Shown here: positions 41,531-54,352 of the stretch, piece by piece
How the letters are laid out: each line of letters starts with the position of its first letter
How positions within the stretch are numbered: position 1 is the stretch's first letter
Assembly (NCBI GenBank): GCA_951406725.2
Contig: OX597818.1
Span: forward strand, 20,398,001 to 20,462,000
Source of the DNA: Octopus vulgaris
Lineage: Eukaryota
DNA: 64,000 nt
Direction: 5' to 3'
Program-made: the position numbers and the translations under genes
Notes under the pieces: model-generated
Told to the model about the DNA's origin: nothing
What the model saw: the letters and a program-made list of their open reading frames with translations, nothing else
Database searches by the model: none

Positions 41531-41713
41531 AAACGATTTCTGTTCAATCTGCGTTCAGCTCCATTTCTTCAATTCACCAATAATGTTATATATATATATA
41601 TATATATATATACATACAATAGAGAGCATTAAAACGTTCGGGCAGATAGACGATACATAAGCGGACAAGAGAAACAGCAATTAGGACAGGCAAAAAAAGA
41701 CGAGTCATTCTTG

Positions 41714-41838
41714 GCTTTCTTTCATCAGTCAAGTCCCAGAATTCACGTCCATTTCAGGCAGTTACACTTGAGGTGGTTCGATCTGGTTACCCTCCAAAAA
41801 GTCTAAGTTAAGAGTATTAGACTCCTTTGTAAGAAAGC
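41714..41838 (-). ncRNA. Pseudoknotted CUGAUGA motif, copy 3
   Basis: Minus strand reads GCUUUCUU-[hairpin]-CCAGA-UCGAA-CCA-CC-UCAAGU..GAAA-UGG..UCUGG-G-ACUUGA-CUGAUGA-AAGAAAGC. Confidence 0.55.
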
Positions 41839-42183
41839 TAGTGAATGAGTACGGTAACAAAGAGAAAAAAATAAACTAATAAACAAAAAGCGGAGAACAT
41901 GGTACACAATTACGAATACAAACAACAAGAAATAACAACAGGCGTCTTTCGACTGAGGACGAATCAGATTGAGCTGGCGCGTATGAAGTGAAAGCCTAAA
42001 AGCAGGAACATGGGAGAAGTACACAAGAGGTGTTGGCGGTTGGCAGTCAGGCCAAGAAAGAAAGGTCATGGCTGGCCGGACGCCGGTCACGTGGAAGGAG
42101 GAGAGATGGGTAGGAGACAACGGGATCGATGGATTAGAAAAAAAATCAGAGAAAACGAGAAAGGTGCAGGGGAGATTTATACA

Positions 42184-43280
42184 CTAGCAAATCTACCCAC
42201 CTATGATGGAGGCATAATATAAGGAAGGGAAATCATAAGAGCAGTATGTATTGAGAAATGTGTAAATGAGCTTGATAGATTACTGGGTGATGTCTTAGAG
42301 AAATCACATTATTGTTGGTGATACAGCATTCTATTGTAGCTATATGATGTGTTTGCGACTAAGTGACATGTGATGACAATTCACTCCCGAACTGAAATAG
42401 GCTCCCAGCTTCTATATCATGAATGGTTATGTGGACCACTCCTAACGAAAGCCAGAGCTTCCTTCGACTACTACATAAAAAGTATTAAGTAAAAAATATT
42501 ATTTAGATATACTTTTATTTTAGTTGTTTACACTATTTTATGCTTGTTTATACTCTTATTCATTCAAAGTTCACAAATTAACTTATTTAAATTATGAATC
42601 ATTCCTTTCGATAACATCAATATGATTACAAAACTTCTTTGTAGACGATATTTTCTGTTTGGTCGACACTAATTTTCAAATTACTGGAGTCCGTTGCTCT
42701 ACTCATAGCGACGTATAACTGGTCGTGTGTAAACATCGGAGTGGGTAAAAATACACCTACACGATCTAAAGTCTGACCCTGTGCCTTGTTTGCTGTGAAT
42801 GAGCGAGCGGAATCTTTGAGGTTGCAAAAAAGTTTAACTAAGACTCACCTGTCACTGTTGCATGCGAATAATGTCTGGATGTTCTGGTAGCATGGGTTAT
42901 TTTGATCGACAAAGCTGAGATGTAAACAACAGCAGCTTCGATTAGCCGTTTCGAACCCTGATCGAGACTGACCATATTTCAATAGCCACTAAATAATTAC
43001 ACACGCTATATACTGACACACACTTTTTCTATTTTAATCTCGCTATTAGCCCTCCTCGGGACCCCCTTCGTATCTACGATGGGACCACAAGCTATGCGAT
43101 GAAAATCCAGAGTTACTCGTAGTCGGTGAATTTCTGATTTTTTATCGCTAAAAACATTCCTAACGACCTCCTTTCCAATCCAGAAAAATATCGCGACCAT
43201 TGGCCCAACCGTCTGGCCGTGAATAGGGAACAAAGAGACAGATAGACAGACAGACAGGCATAACGCCTGTTATAGTAAGA
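42184..43280 (-). mobile_element. Probable non-autonomous Helitron/Helentron-like element
   Basis: The minus strand starts A|TCTTACTATAA with a (TGTC)n block near the 5' end and ends CTAG|T. Internal continuity was not verified. Confidence 0.45.
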
Positions 43281-43388
43281 TGTATGCATATATATGCATA
43301 TAATATATATATATATATATATGCATATAAAGAGTATATATATATATATATACATATCTGTATAATATATATATATGGATATATGTGC

Positions 43389-43429
<41 letters not shown>

Positions 43430-43512
43430 GGTCCCGGGTTGATTCGGGGTTAACCACAGTAAGTAAGGTACTCAATACATAGCAGAGTAAAATTAATTTA
43501 TTATATAGAAGG

Positions 43513-43563
43513 AGCTTCTACAGGACTAGTACTGTTTCATTCAAGAGAAATCTTCAGGAAGCT
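43513..43563 (-). ncRNA. Type I hammerhead ribozyme (mirror copy)
   Basis: Reverse complement of 43788-43838. Confidence 0.75.
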
Positions 43564-43787
43564 ATTTAACAAGAATTGTATTAGCATTTATACATTTAGG
43601 CAGGTTTAAAGGAGTGGTGGTGGGGGACTTTTTGGGGGTAGGCATAGCGCAAAATATCATACTTGGGGGAGTGGTCAAGGAGTCAGTGGTAAGTTAGATG
43701 AAAGAATAGATAAATAAAAAAAGTCCCCCACCACCACTCCTTTAAACCTGCCTAAATGTATAAATGCTAATACAATTCTTGTTAAAT

Positions 43788-43838
43788 AGCTTCCTGAAGA
43801 TTTCTCTTGAATGAAACAGTACTAGTCCTGTAGAAGCT
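43788..43838 (+). ncRNA. Type I hammerhead ribozyme
   Basis: AGCUUC-CUGAAGA-UUUC(UCUU)GAAU-GAA-ACAG(UACUAGUC)CUGU-A|GAAGCU, with a 6-bp stem I and 4-bp stem III. Predicted cleavage after 43832. Confidence 0.8.
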
Positions 43839-43854
43839 CCTTCTATATAATAAA

Positions 43855-43954
<100 letters not shown>

Positions 43955-44527
43955 CATATATATATGCATATATATATGTGTGTGTATATATATATATATA
44001 TTTATAGTAGTGTATGTATTTATGTATCTATGAGTCCACACATACACGCATATGTATGTATATGTGTCTATATAACTGCATGTGTATTTATGCGTGTTTG
44101 TGAATGGGTGTGCGAGTGCGTATGTCTACAGAACGCTTTCCCATTATATGTTCATGATTGGGCATTACATCTTTTCTAGAATCACAGATGGCCCGTGTCA
44201 AAGGGTGAACATCACCAGTTCTTACTCCGTTCGTGGCATTGTACAGTGTCTGTTATGGACGACACTCGCTGAACTCTCGCTGGCTCAGTAAAAAGATTAA
44301 AATAGGTATTTGAAAGGGTTGGGTGGTGTGCGTATCGTATAGCTGTTTGTTTTAAGTTTCTTCAAGCCACACAACCAACAGTGTCTCTGTTAGTACAGTA
44401 ACGTCTTGAAAATAAATGTTCTACGAAAAGACCCTCTACATGGTCAACGATTTCTTAGAAATAGCAGACAAATTACCTCAAAAAGTTACCTTACTGATTG
44501 TACATATAAAATAAAAAATGTATATAT

Positions 44528-44885
44528 ATTTCTTTATTGCCCACAAGAGGCTAAACATAGAGGGGACAAACGAGGACAGACAAAGGGATTAAGTCGATTA
44601 CATCGACCTCAGTGTGAAACTGGGACTTAATTTATCGACCCCGAAAGGATGAAAGGCAAAGTTGACCTCGGTGGAATTTGAACTCAGAACGTAACGGCAG
44701 ACGAAATACGGCTACGCATTTCGCCCGGCGTGCTAACGTTTCTCTACTAGATTCACTCACAAGGCATTGGTCAGCTGTAGTAGAAGATACTTGGTCATGG
44801 TGCTGTGTGCAGGCGTGGCTGAATGGTAAGAAGCTTGCTTCCCAGCCACATGGTTCCGGGTTCAATCTATGATAGCCTCGGGCCG
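44528..44885. mobile_element. Family A SINE (-) fused to family B fragments
   Basis: Family A body to ~44742, then CACTCACAAGGCATTGGTC and GGTAAGAAGCTTGCTTCCC. Confidence 0.7.
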
Positions 44886-45242
44886 ACGAGTCTTATCAAT
44901 TTTAAAATCCATCCAAGAAATCCCCCTATGTTATCCGCCCACTACAAAAGTCAAACTCGATACACATAGCAACAATACGTCACAATTACTTTACCTCAAC
45001 CGTTCCAGCTCTCTTTAATACCATACCAAAATACATCAAAACGGAAACGGATTTCAGAAAATTCAAATGTTCACTGGACAAATTTCTTCAAATAATCCCG
45101 GACCAACCTCCTACACTCGGATATGTCTCCAGCAACAATAACTCTTTGCTAGAGTGGGCCTCGGTGTCCCATATACGACTAAAAGACTTCACCAGATGGT
45201 GCTATTAAGTTAGACATACTACTGGCCGAAACCGAACAAAGT

Positions 45243-45291
<49 letters not shown>

Positions 45292-45509
45292 ACATATATG
45301 TATATATGTGTGTGTGTATGTATGTGTGTCTGTGTGTGTCTGTTCTGTGTTTGTGCCCCCATCACCTCTTGACACCGATGTTTGTGTCCTTACGTCCCCA
45401 TAACTTAGCGGTTCGGCAGAGTATCAGGAGCTTTTCGAATAGCACATACTTTTCGAATAGCACATTTGGATGAGAATTCGTTGTCTCTGATACAGGGTAG
45501 AAGGGTAAA

Positions 45510-46378
45510 GACGACCTTCAGTCATGAATGACTATGGGATTGCACCTAGAATGTTATCCTCCAAGGCACAAGTCCTAGCGGTGAAAGTTTTTTTTTCCAC
45601 GCGAGTTCCGGACCCCAGTTATGAATTCATTTGCGTACAGCCAATCGGAGCCCAGCTATCAAACTAATTTATGAGCATATAACAAGTGATGGGCGATAAG
45701 ATAAGGTCATTTGGGTAAGGAAAGACCATACTTCTTTTCTCTTTTTAGATAACTTGTTCTTGTTTCAACCATGGCTACCTCTGCGTAGTTACTTGTGTTG
45801 TCGTTTACTTTGTAAAGTAGTAAGGGGAGAGGGTTGCTAGCACATCACCCTCTACCCACATTTTTCCCATCTACATCTTTACCATATTGGACCCTCACAA
45901 AATCCGATAATAGGTATAGATGCGAATTTATCTAATTACTTGTTTCCTTTTAAAATCAGGCTTAACTTGGCGATGGGTCGATCTACAACATCGTTTTTAG
46001 TTTTGAGTTTGCTTGTTAACTTGACAAAAAGATCAAGGTGAGTTCTGATGGGCTGTATGCAAATGAGTTCATTACTGAGGGGCGGAACTCTCGTGGGAAA
46101 AAAATGTCGTATCCAGGCAAGGTGGTTTATGGGAGACCAGCAGTCGCCCATTCATACCAGCCTCGCTTCTCCACGCCACAGATGTTATCCAAGAGAAAGG
46201 CAAAGGTTGACACAGTTTGGCACCAGTGACGTCGCAACTCATTTCTACAGCTGTGTGAACCGGAGCAACAGAAAATAAAGTGTTCTGCTCAAGAACTCAA
46301 CACACATCCCGGTCCGGGAATCAACTCACTACCTCATGATTGTGAACCCAAAGCTCTAACCACTGAGCCATGCGTCTT
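45510..46378 (-). mobile_element. Family D SINE split by a nested TIR element
   Basis: The SINE 3' part at 45510-45577 resumes at ~46112 (TCCAGGCAAGG); the head is at ~46375. Confidence 0.75.
45588..46108. mobile_element. Non-autonomous DNA transposon with ~70-bp imperfect TIRs
   Basis: TTTTTTCCACGCGAGTTCCGG..CATTTGCGTACAGCCAATC is mirrored by GATGGGCTGTATGCAAATGAG..CGGAACTCTCGTGGGAAAAAA. Confidence 0.7.
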
Positions 46379-47112
46379 GACTGATATAGGAAGAAGTGAA
46401 AACTATTCACTGATGTTGTGAATAAGTCACCTGCCAGGTAAAAAAAAAAAAAATCTGCTATATGCGCTGAGGCAGCATGTAATTAATATAGTCCCAGCAA
46501 TTGCATACGAGATTTTATCTCAGGACAAATACTGCAACAACTGGCCTATCAACATTGTACATACATGAAATATGATGCATAGATTGATGTAAAACTTAAG
46601 TTTTTAGCTAATTTATATTAATTCTTCAGTGCCTTCACAAACGTGATATCCATAATGTTTCTGTACACACGTGTGATTAATAATGTGAAAAGTAAGAAAT
46701 ATTTTTTCTATATTTTTAGTGAAATTTCTAACTGTAAAATCGTAGGTTTTATCAACTTTTTATGCGAAGTGCGCCAGGGCTTGATTGTTTGATCCCATAG
46801 TGCGCAAGTAAGTCAAAGAAATTGTTGTTGTTGTTGTTAAGCAACAAGACGGGTAAGGGTAATTAGGTGATGGTCCAGGGTTTAGGAGCGAGAGACCCCA
46901 GACCTTGGAAAAAAAATAAACTTTGGTCGTCTTGTTGTAGTCGAGGGCTCTTCGTTGACGCCCGACACCACTGGGAGGTGGCCCTCGAAGTCGCTGGAAA
47001 TGGAGATCTCCAGGTCCAAATTCTTGAACGGCAGTCAGATTGAAAACTTCTGGTCAAGACATTTAGATCTCAGTGGGCTAATTCAACTTATTTAAAACGG
47101 GTTCAACAGAGT

Positions 47113-47116
<4 letters not shown>

Positions 47117-47210
<94 letters not shown>
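47117..47210. repeat. (CT)n microsatellite
   Basis: Visible directly. Confidence 0.95.
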
Positions 47211-47287
47211 CCTGCTATGAGCAACGGTAACTCTACCAAATGTTTCATCCAGGCCTCACAGTAAAAGTATGCGGTACGTAAGATGAA

Positions 47288-47506
47288 AAGAAGAAGAAGA
47301 AGAAGAAGAAGAAGAAGAAGAAGAAGAAGAAGAAGAAGAAGAAGAAGAAGAAGAAGAAGCAGAAGAAGAAGAAGAAGAAGAAGAAGAAGAAGAAGAAGAA
47401 GAAGAAGAAGAAGAAGAAGAAGAAGAAGAAGAAGAAGAAGAAGAAGAAGAAGAAGAAGAAGAAGAAGAAGAAGAAGAAGAAGAAGAAGAAGAAGAAGAAG
47501 AAGAAG
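47288..47506. repeat. (GAA)n, about 72 units with one GCA interruption
   Basis: Visible directly. Confidence 0.95.
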
Positions 47507-47634
47507 GCATTACTATAAACCCCAAGCGGCCGCAACCGAGAAGCGTTTAATCAGACCGCGCTAGGAATCTCTATTAGCTTTCGTAAGTCCTCAATACCGT
47601 TTGCCGTGTCTTTGTCAAGTGTTTTCTGCTCTAG

Positions 47635-47935
47635 CTCCCGGCCATCCACAACTTTGTGAGTGAATTTGTTAGACGGAAACTGTGCGGAATCCCCTAATAT
47701 GTAAATTGTGCATGTGCGTGTGTACGTGTGTATATTTTGGTGTTTGTCAGCTCATCTTCGCTTGACAACCGCTGCTGGTTTGTTTACGTCCCCCGTAACT
47801 TAGGGCTTCGACAAAAGCGACCAATAGAATAAGTTCTAGATTTAAAAAACAAGGGTCGCTTTGCTCGACTAAACTCTTTAAGGCGGTGCTACAACATGGC
47901 CGCAGTCCAATGACTCAAACAAGTAAAAGATAAAA
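47635..47935 (+). mobile_element. Diverged family B SINE
   Basis: GTGAGTGAATTTGTTAGACGGAAACTG...ACAAGTAAAAGAT. Confidence 0.7.
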
Positions 47936-48553
47936 GAAAAATATTTTTGAGAAAATGATCGCATTTAATAATATTTTATATATTCATAAAAATCTTGGTT
48001 GGTCACGTTAGGAATGTCTTTCATCATACGTATTTTCGATTAGGATTGGCCTGAGGGTTAAACAACAGCAACTGCAACAACAGTAATAATTGTAATAAGA
48101 AATCTTAATAAAATAATCTGAGGTGTGAGAAATATTCTGTTTCAGACAGTAAGATCCAGGTAAACAATCGTTATTTCACCTGAGTAAAAACGGAATAAGT
48201 TGCATACCTTGAAGGTAACAAATCAACAAACAAGGAAAAAATTTAATAAACAACATTAAGAAAAACAACAAAATTACCAGATGTGATTAAATATATATAT
48301 TTAAAAAAAAAACATCTAAGGAATCTGACCACCACCAAAGAGAGTAAGAAAGCAAGAAAGAAAGAATTAATGGAAGGAGGAATCAACAACACCCCATCAA
48401 ACATAAAATCACAAAAAAAAAAAATGAAATAAAATAAAATAAAATAAAATGAAACACCCCCACCCCCTATAGTTTTGTCATTAATTCACAGTCGAAAGTT
48501 GGTTTTAAATCTGCATTTTTGCTTTCGCAATAAGCACTAGCAACAACAGCAAT

Positions 48554-48584
<31 letters not shown>

Positions 48585-48693
48585 CCAACAACACCAACAA
48601 CTATATCAACAATAGCAACGGCTGCAGCAACAGAACTAAATGAAATATTATCAAAAGAACAAGGAAGAAAATAGGAGTAATCAAACAGCAAGA

Positions 48694-48743
<50 letters not shown>

Positions 48744-49818
48744 AGCATGAAGAAGAGGAACAACGATCATAGTCAAAGAAACAAAACACTTTGGTGAAAG
48801 TGTTTGATGTCTCACTCAATCGCACCAAAGCAGATGGGAAAATAAAATGTGTCCATCTAATGATTTGTAATTTGTAATAGCTTCCGGTATTATAAATTCT
48901 CGCTGTTTTTATCAATCGAACAGCTATATATTTCATATTTGCTGTATATATGTTTATATGTAAATGTGTGTGTGTGTGTGTGTATGAGAGAGAGAAACAT
49001 ACGCATGCACATTCGTATATATGTATATGTCAGTATAGTAATGATACGTGTAGCTATGTATGTACGTATTATGTATATATGTATATATATATATATATAT
49101 GGGTGTATGTTGATGAGTAATTGCTTATTTATTCGTGTGTATAAAATTTGCTATTAATGCACACACGCACACGTATACAGCGTGAAGACGCGTGGCCTAT
49201 TGGTTACAGTTGTGTACTCACGATCTAGCGATCGTGCTTTCGATTCCCAGATTGGGCGGTGAGTTGTGCTCTTGAGCAAAGCACTTCACTCGCGTTGCTC
49301 TGCATTCACTTCAACATCTGACGTGTGCACACCGCGCATTTATACAGGTAATGTAGATTTGATGGAGGGAATGAGCTAATGTGCAACACAAACGTCTGAT
49401 CATCAATGCAGATTGTTCAGCAAGAAATTTCAAAGCCCTCATCTGTCGTTTACAACAAGGGAGTTCGCCTTACATATCATGAAGCTGAACTCTTTTGCTC
49501 TCGAATACAACGTGCCGCCTAGTAAAATCGAAGCCACTATCTCGCAATACTGAAAGCAACATCCTAACCACATGTATAATTTGTGTGTGTGTGAGGTTAT
49601 ATTAAATACTATACAATTTAGATTCTTGATTTATTGAAATTATTCCACTTTCAGCAATGGTAAAAACAATCGCTTGTTTACAGTTGGGACCAACTTAAAA
49701 CGATAAAGGGAGATAATCACGAGACCTTTATTCGACTGTGTTTGATTTAATGGTATGTGTTAATTAAACTCGCGTTGAGTAATGATGCAGTTATAAATAT
49801 ATTATCCTGGGTAAAGAC

Positions 49819-49963
49819 AGAATGCTTTCAGCAAGAATGCTTTCAGCAAGAATGCTTTCAGCAAGAATGCTTTCAGCAAGAATGCTTTCAGCAAGAATGC
49901 TTTCAGCAAGAATGCTTTCAGCAAGAATGCTTTCAGCAAGAATGCTTTCAGCAAGAATGCTTT
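49819..49963. repeat. Perfect 15-bp minisatellite (AGAATGCTTTCAGCA) x~9.7
   Basis: Identical tandem units with no spacers. Confidence 0.95.
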
Positions 49964-50696
49964 TGAGAAATTGCTAAATAACAACTGTTAATTATTTTGT
50001 CATTTCGGAAGGTAGAAGAGCGAAGTCAGCTTCGACAGGAATTGAACTCAGCTTTACAAGAATAAAAATTGAATAAGGAGCTCACATATTATCACAGGAC
50101 AAGAGATTTGTAGAGAAAAATTATGGGTGACATAACAACCATTAAACCTTTTGCTTGTCTTGTGTATCATGTGATACACAAGACATGTTTCCCTGGTGTT
50201 CATACATTATATGTGATACCCATTCTCATTTTTTTAACCACTAGAGTAACTTGGGACTTATGAAAAGAAAGCTTTATATTATTCAGAACTTATGAAACAA
50301 GGGCCAACTAAAAGTCTGAAAACGAGCTTGGAAGTTTAGGACAAAACTTATGAAAATGTTTTGAACTGGCAAACAGTTAATATGTTACAGGAATTTATGT
50401 TATGGGGTAAGTTTAGTCAGACACGATGGAACAAACGGGGTTCTGGGGACAGGAAATTTGAGAGGAGGTAGTAGACAGTGTATGTTCGGAATTTGGGTTG
50501 AGTGATGAGGATGGTTGTCGTAGAAGGAAGCAGTAATGATATAATAATATATAGTGATGGAGTTGAATTTCTGGTTGCGAAGGGTGCAGTTAATACCTAT
50601 TCTGAGCCACTAGATATTTAACTGTTCAAACAGAATCTTTGTGGTACTCGTATGAATCTCCGTCTGTTTTAGAAAATAACAAAGTGAAAATAATCT

Positions 50697-51143
50697 TTTC
50701 TACTCTAGGCACAAGGCCCCAAATTTTTTTCGGGGGTGGGGGACAGTCGATTGGATAGACCCAGTACGCAACTGGTACTTAATTTATCGACTTCGAAAGG
50801 ATGAAGGACAAAGTCGACCTCGGCGAAATTTGAACTCAGAACGTAAAAATAGACGAAATACCGCTAAGCATTTCACCCGACGTGCTAACGTTTCTGCCAG
50901 CACGCCACCTTCAACAAAATAAAAGTATCATTTTCTATTCTAGGAACAAGGCTCGAAATTTCTGGGGAGGGAGCCAGTCAATTAGATCGACCCCAGTACG
51001 TAACTGGTACTTAATTTATCGACCCCGAAAGGATGAAAGGCAAAGTCGACCTCGGCGGAATTTGAACTCAGAACGTAGCAGCAGACGAAATACGGCTACG
51101 CATTTCGCCCGGCGTGCTAACGATTCTGCCAGCTCGCCGCCTC
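50697..51143 (-). mobile_element. Two tandem family A SINE variants
   Basis: Alternative tail (CTAGG.ACAAGGC) plus the Meta-like domain, twice. Confidence 0.82.
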
Positions 51144-51229
51144 TTTTCTTTCCCATGTTCTCTTGTTTTAAGAAAGAGACTTTTAATTTATTTCTCAAAC
51201 TATGAATAATAAAGATAATAATAAGTGAA

Positions 51230-52340
51230 TTAGCGGGACTAGACTGAAAGAAAAGTAGCGACTACTGTTAGAATATCCCATCAAAACCCAGTGTAGAAAA
51301 AAAATATATTTACCAAGAATACAAGAAGCTAAGAATCTTCTGCACTAGATTTTTAGTATAAAATATCTATTCTACAATTACATAAAATATATAGTAAAGA
51401 ATAAAGGGAAGCTGATACAAATAGCTGCAAAATATGACCAAAACAAAGCACTTTTCTGTCTTTAATGAGACAAAGCAATACAAAATGGAACATAAAATGA
51501 TAAATATCTGTGAAGAGGACGGAGAAATAACATGAATCATTAAAAAAATTAATATCTAGACTGAAAATGGGATTACGGAATGTTATATGTTGAAACGATG
51601 GCAATTGAAATACCATATTAAGCTGAACACAACAGAAACTTGTTAATGAGGCTGGCTAAGAAGAGTAGGTTCCTAGTTTAGACTGAAGGGTTTTGTCAGA
51701 AGTTATCTGCCAAAGCTTTCGAACCAAACTCTAAATGAAACAGAAAACGAAAAGATAATGCAAAATATATAGAGGTTGTGAAGTTACAATAAACTCATTG
51801 CTTCTGGCTGTTCGGTCTTTATGAAATGAGAGGATGTATGAGGTTTGACTAAGTTAGAAATTATGTTAGCTCTATGAAATAACTACGGAAGAGATAGGGT
51901 ATAAACATACACCACAACATGTTTCAAAGAAATGGGCCTAATTTTGAGACATATAGACTGAAATATTCGAGGTAAATTTATCAGACAATGGTGCCAAAGA
52001 CATCAGTAAGAAAATGTCTTCTCATCGATGTATCAATTCCAACAAACAATTTTATAGCTTTAAAAGAAATGGAAAAGATCTTGAAATTGTAATGAATGGT
52101 GTGTTGAGTGTGAAAACAAATAATAATCTTAATAATTGTTGCCTTGAATATAAGAAAATTATACAAATAAATTCACAACCAAAATCCCATGGTTTAAATA
52201 CATACACAGTATACAGAGCATAACACTCCTATTATGGAGAGAAAGGAAGAACACAAAATCAAAACGAAACATTTCACGGCTCCAAGACACTCGGAATTGT
52301 ACCAAGTTGTGCAGTAAAAGCACGCAATTAAAATAATACA
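51230..52340 (+). mobile_element. R4/NeSL-like (restriction-like endonuclease) non-LTR retrotransposon 3' remnant
   Basis: Degenerate WLRR..TEGF, a zinc-knuckle remnant (..ASGC) and endonuclease motif RKCLLIDVSIP...KEMEK..LEI. Heavily frameshifted. Confidence 0.55.
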
Positions 52341-52939
52341 ACTTTTAAAAAAAAGCAAGAAAAAAAAAGAAAGAAAAAGAAAAACAATAGTTCAAAATGC
52401 AACCGGAAAATGTGATTATTTGTTACAGTCATGCCTTTCCTCCCAATGAAAGCATGAGTGGCGTGAGGCAGTTCCCACTGGGAACCGAAACTGTCACTAT
52501 CCTAATATATCACGCTTCTATCAAATTTGCAATATCCTCCACACCACCACCACCACCACCACCACTGACCATTAACATCACTATCACCATCATGAACACT
52601 GAACATTATCATCATCAACATCATTCTCATTACCGCAGTCAACACCATGACCACCACCACACTCATTCTCTTTCCCATCACCTGACAACATATAAACTAC
52701 CATTACGACTGTCACATTTCACTCATCAACGCCATCCTAATCAAAGCTTGCACTGAGACTACTAACAACATCACCAAAATCATCAACAACAAAACGCGAA
52801 ACTGATGAGAACTATTATGGTCAAATTGGATCTATGGGTTTCTGGCATCTCGTTATTAGGTTGTCTACCCGCATACCATTGGATGCTCTAACAAGGCAGA
52901 CCGGCAGTTAGACAACAACAACATCCATAATAATAATCG

Positions 52940-53318
52940 TTTCTTCTATAGGCACTAGGACTGAAGTTTGGATGGGAAGGTACTTAGTTCATCGACTGGT
53001 ACTAAGTTCATCTACCCCGAAAGGATGAAAGGTAAAACCGACCTTGTCGGCATTTGAACGGAGAACGTAAAGGCGGGCAAAATGCCTATTTCTTTACTAC
53101 CCACAAGGGGCTAAACACAGAGAGAACAAACAAGGACAGGCAAACGGATTAAGTCGATTATATCAACCCCAGTGCGTAACTGGTACTTATTTAATCGACC
53201 CCGAAAGGATGAAAGGCAAAGTCGACCTGGGCGGAATTTGAACTCAGAACGCAGCGGCGGACGAAATACCACAAAGCATTTCGCCCGGCGTGCTAACGTT
53301 TCTGCCAGCTCGCCCCCT
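52940..53318 (-). mobile_element. Tandem family A SINEs
   Basis: A full copy at 53087-53318 plus an older partial copy. Confidence 0.82.
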
Positions 53319-53344
53319 TACCTACAATAATAATAATCTCAACC

Positions 53345-53990
53345 ATTAGCAACACTGCAACCATACAAAACTTGAGAATTCTTTCTCCAGCGATACAACA
53401 ACGAGCGAAATGCTGGGCCTCGCTATCGTTGAGGAGTTTCCCCGGCGAAAGCACATCCTGAACTGAGTTCAGACAGCTTCCCAAAGATTAGATATTTTCC
53501 CTCTCAACTGCTGCTGACACTCTGCAAGACTCAAGTGAGATCCACAACTGTTCTCCCATCTGAAATGGTTCTGCTACTACGCACACTGATATTATGGATC
53601 TCATCCAGAGAAGTGGCATTTAACCGACTTCAATTCAGTCACTAACGGACAAACTCCAGTCTTCGGCCCACACTCGTGCTGCCTCTTCTCTCTGTCTTTT
53701 ATATTGCTACTATAATGGCCTCGGCTCCCCGAAGCTGACTTCACTACTTCACCTTCACTACTCAGCCACCCTCGACCCACTCGTCTATCCATTTTTCGGT
53801 ACCTTTAGTGCAATCGAACTCTCCTTTGCTTGCCCTAAACTCTATGGTCAATCCTTCCTCCCCAGAGCATGGGTTCTTTAGAATTTTCTTCCTGCTCATG
53901 TATTTCCTGTAGGTTTTGACCTACAACAGTTTAAACAGAACATTAAGAACATGAGTGTCACCGACTCTGGAGGATCTGCAAGGGTCATGG
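53345..53990 (+). mobile_element. CR1/Jockey-group LINE ORF2 3' remnant
   Basis: KTQVRS..CSPI*NG and QSFLPRAWVL*NFLPAHVFPVGFDLQQFKQNI, typical of LINE ORF2 C-termini. Confidence 0.62.
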
Positions 53991-54159
53991 ACTCAGAACC
54001 TTCTTCCAGATTTCTTAGAAGCAAAAGAACAAGATTACAATACCGTAGTTCGTGGTTCTGAATAAGCTGTACTGGACTGCATTTGCTAGAATGTTTGCTC
54101 GATCATAGCTGACGCGGAGCCAAACAACAACGCTGACGTCGCCACCACCAACGACGACG

Positions 54160-54195
<36 letters not shown>

Positions 54196-54352
54196 GACTT
54201 CAGTAACTAAACTACCATTAGCACATCTGATGATACCAACTTCTACAACACCATTGCTTTCGTCACTATCCCATACGTATAATATTATAGCCTCTACCAA
54301 GAAGAGAGCTATTCTACCAAGACAGAAACGCAGGTAAACGAAAGGTCTAAGC

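Larger units (their letters stand above)
41125..41587. repeat. Near-perfect 463-bp palindrome (~230-bp arms, 3-nt loop)
   Basis: The arms differ at about 2 positions, as also shown by the mirror-image ORFs 41165+ and 41547-. The right end abuts (TA)n. Confidence 0.95.

Noticed and set aside
41165-41547. Two near-identical 118-aa ORFs on opposite strands
   Set aside because: They are a by-product of the DNA palindrome and show no protein motif.
49757-49984. (QQECF)n ORF, or a CRISPR-like array
   Set aside because: The units are identical with no spacers, and the context is eukaryotic. It is a simple minisatellite.
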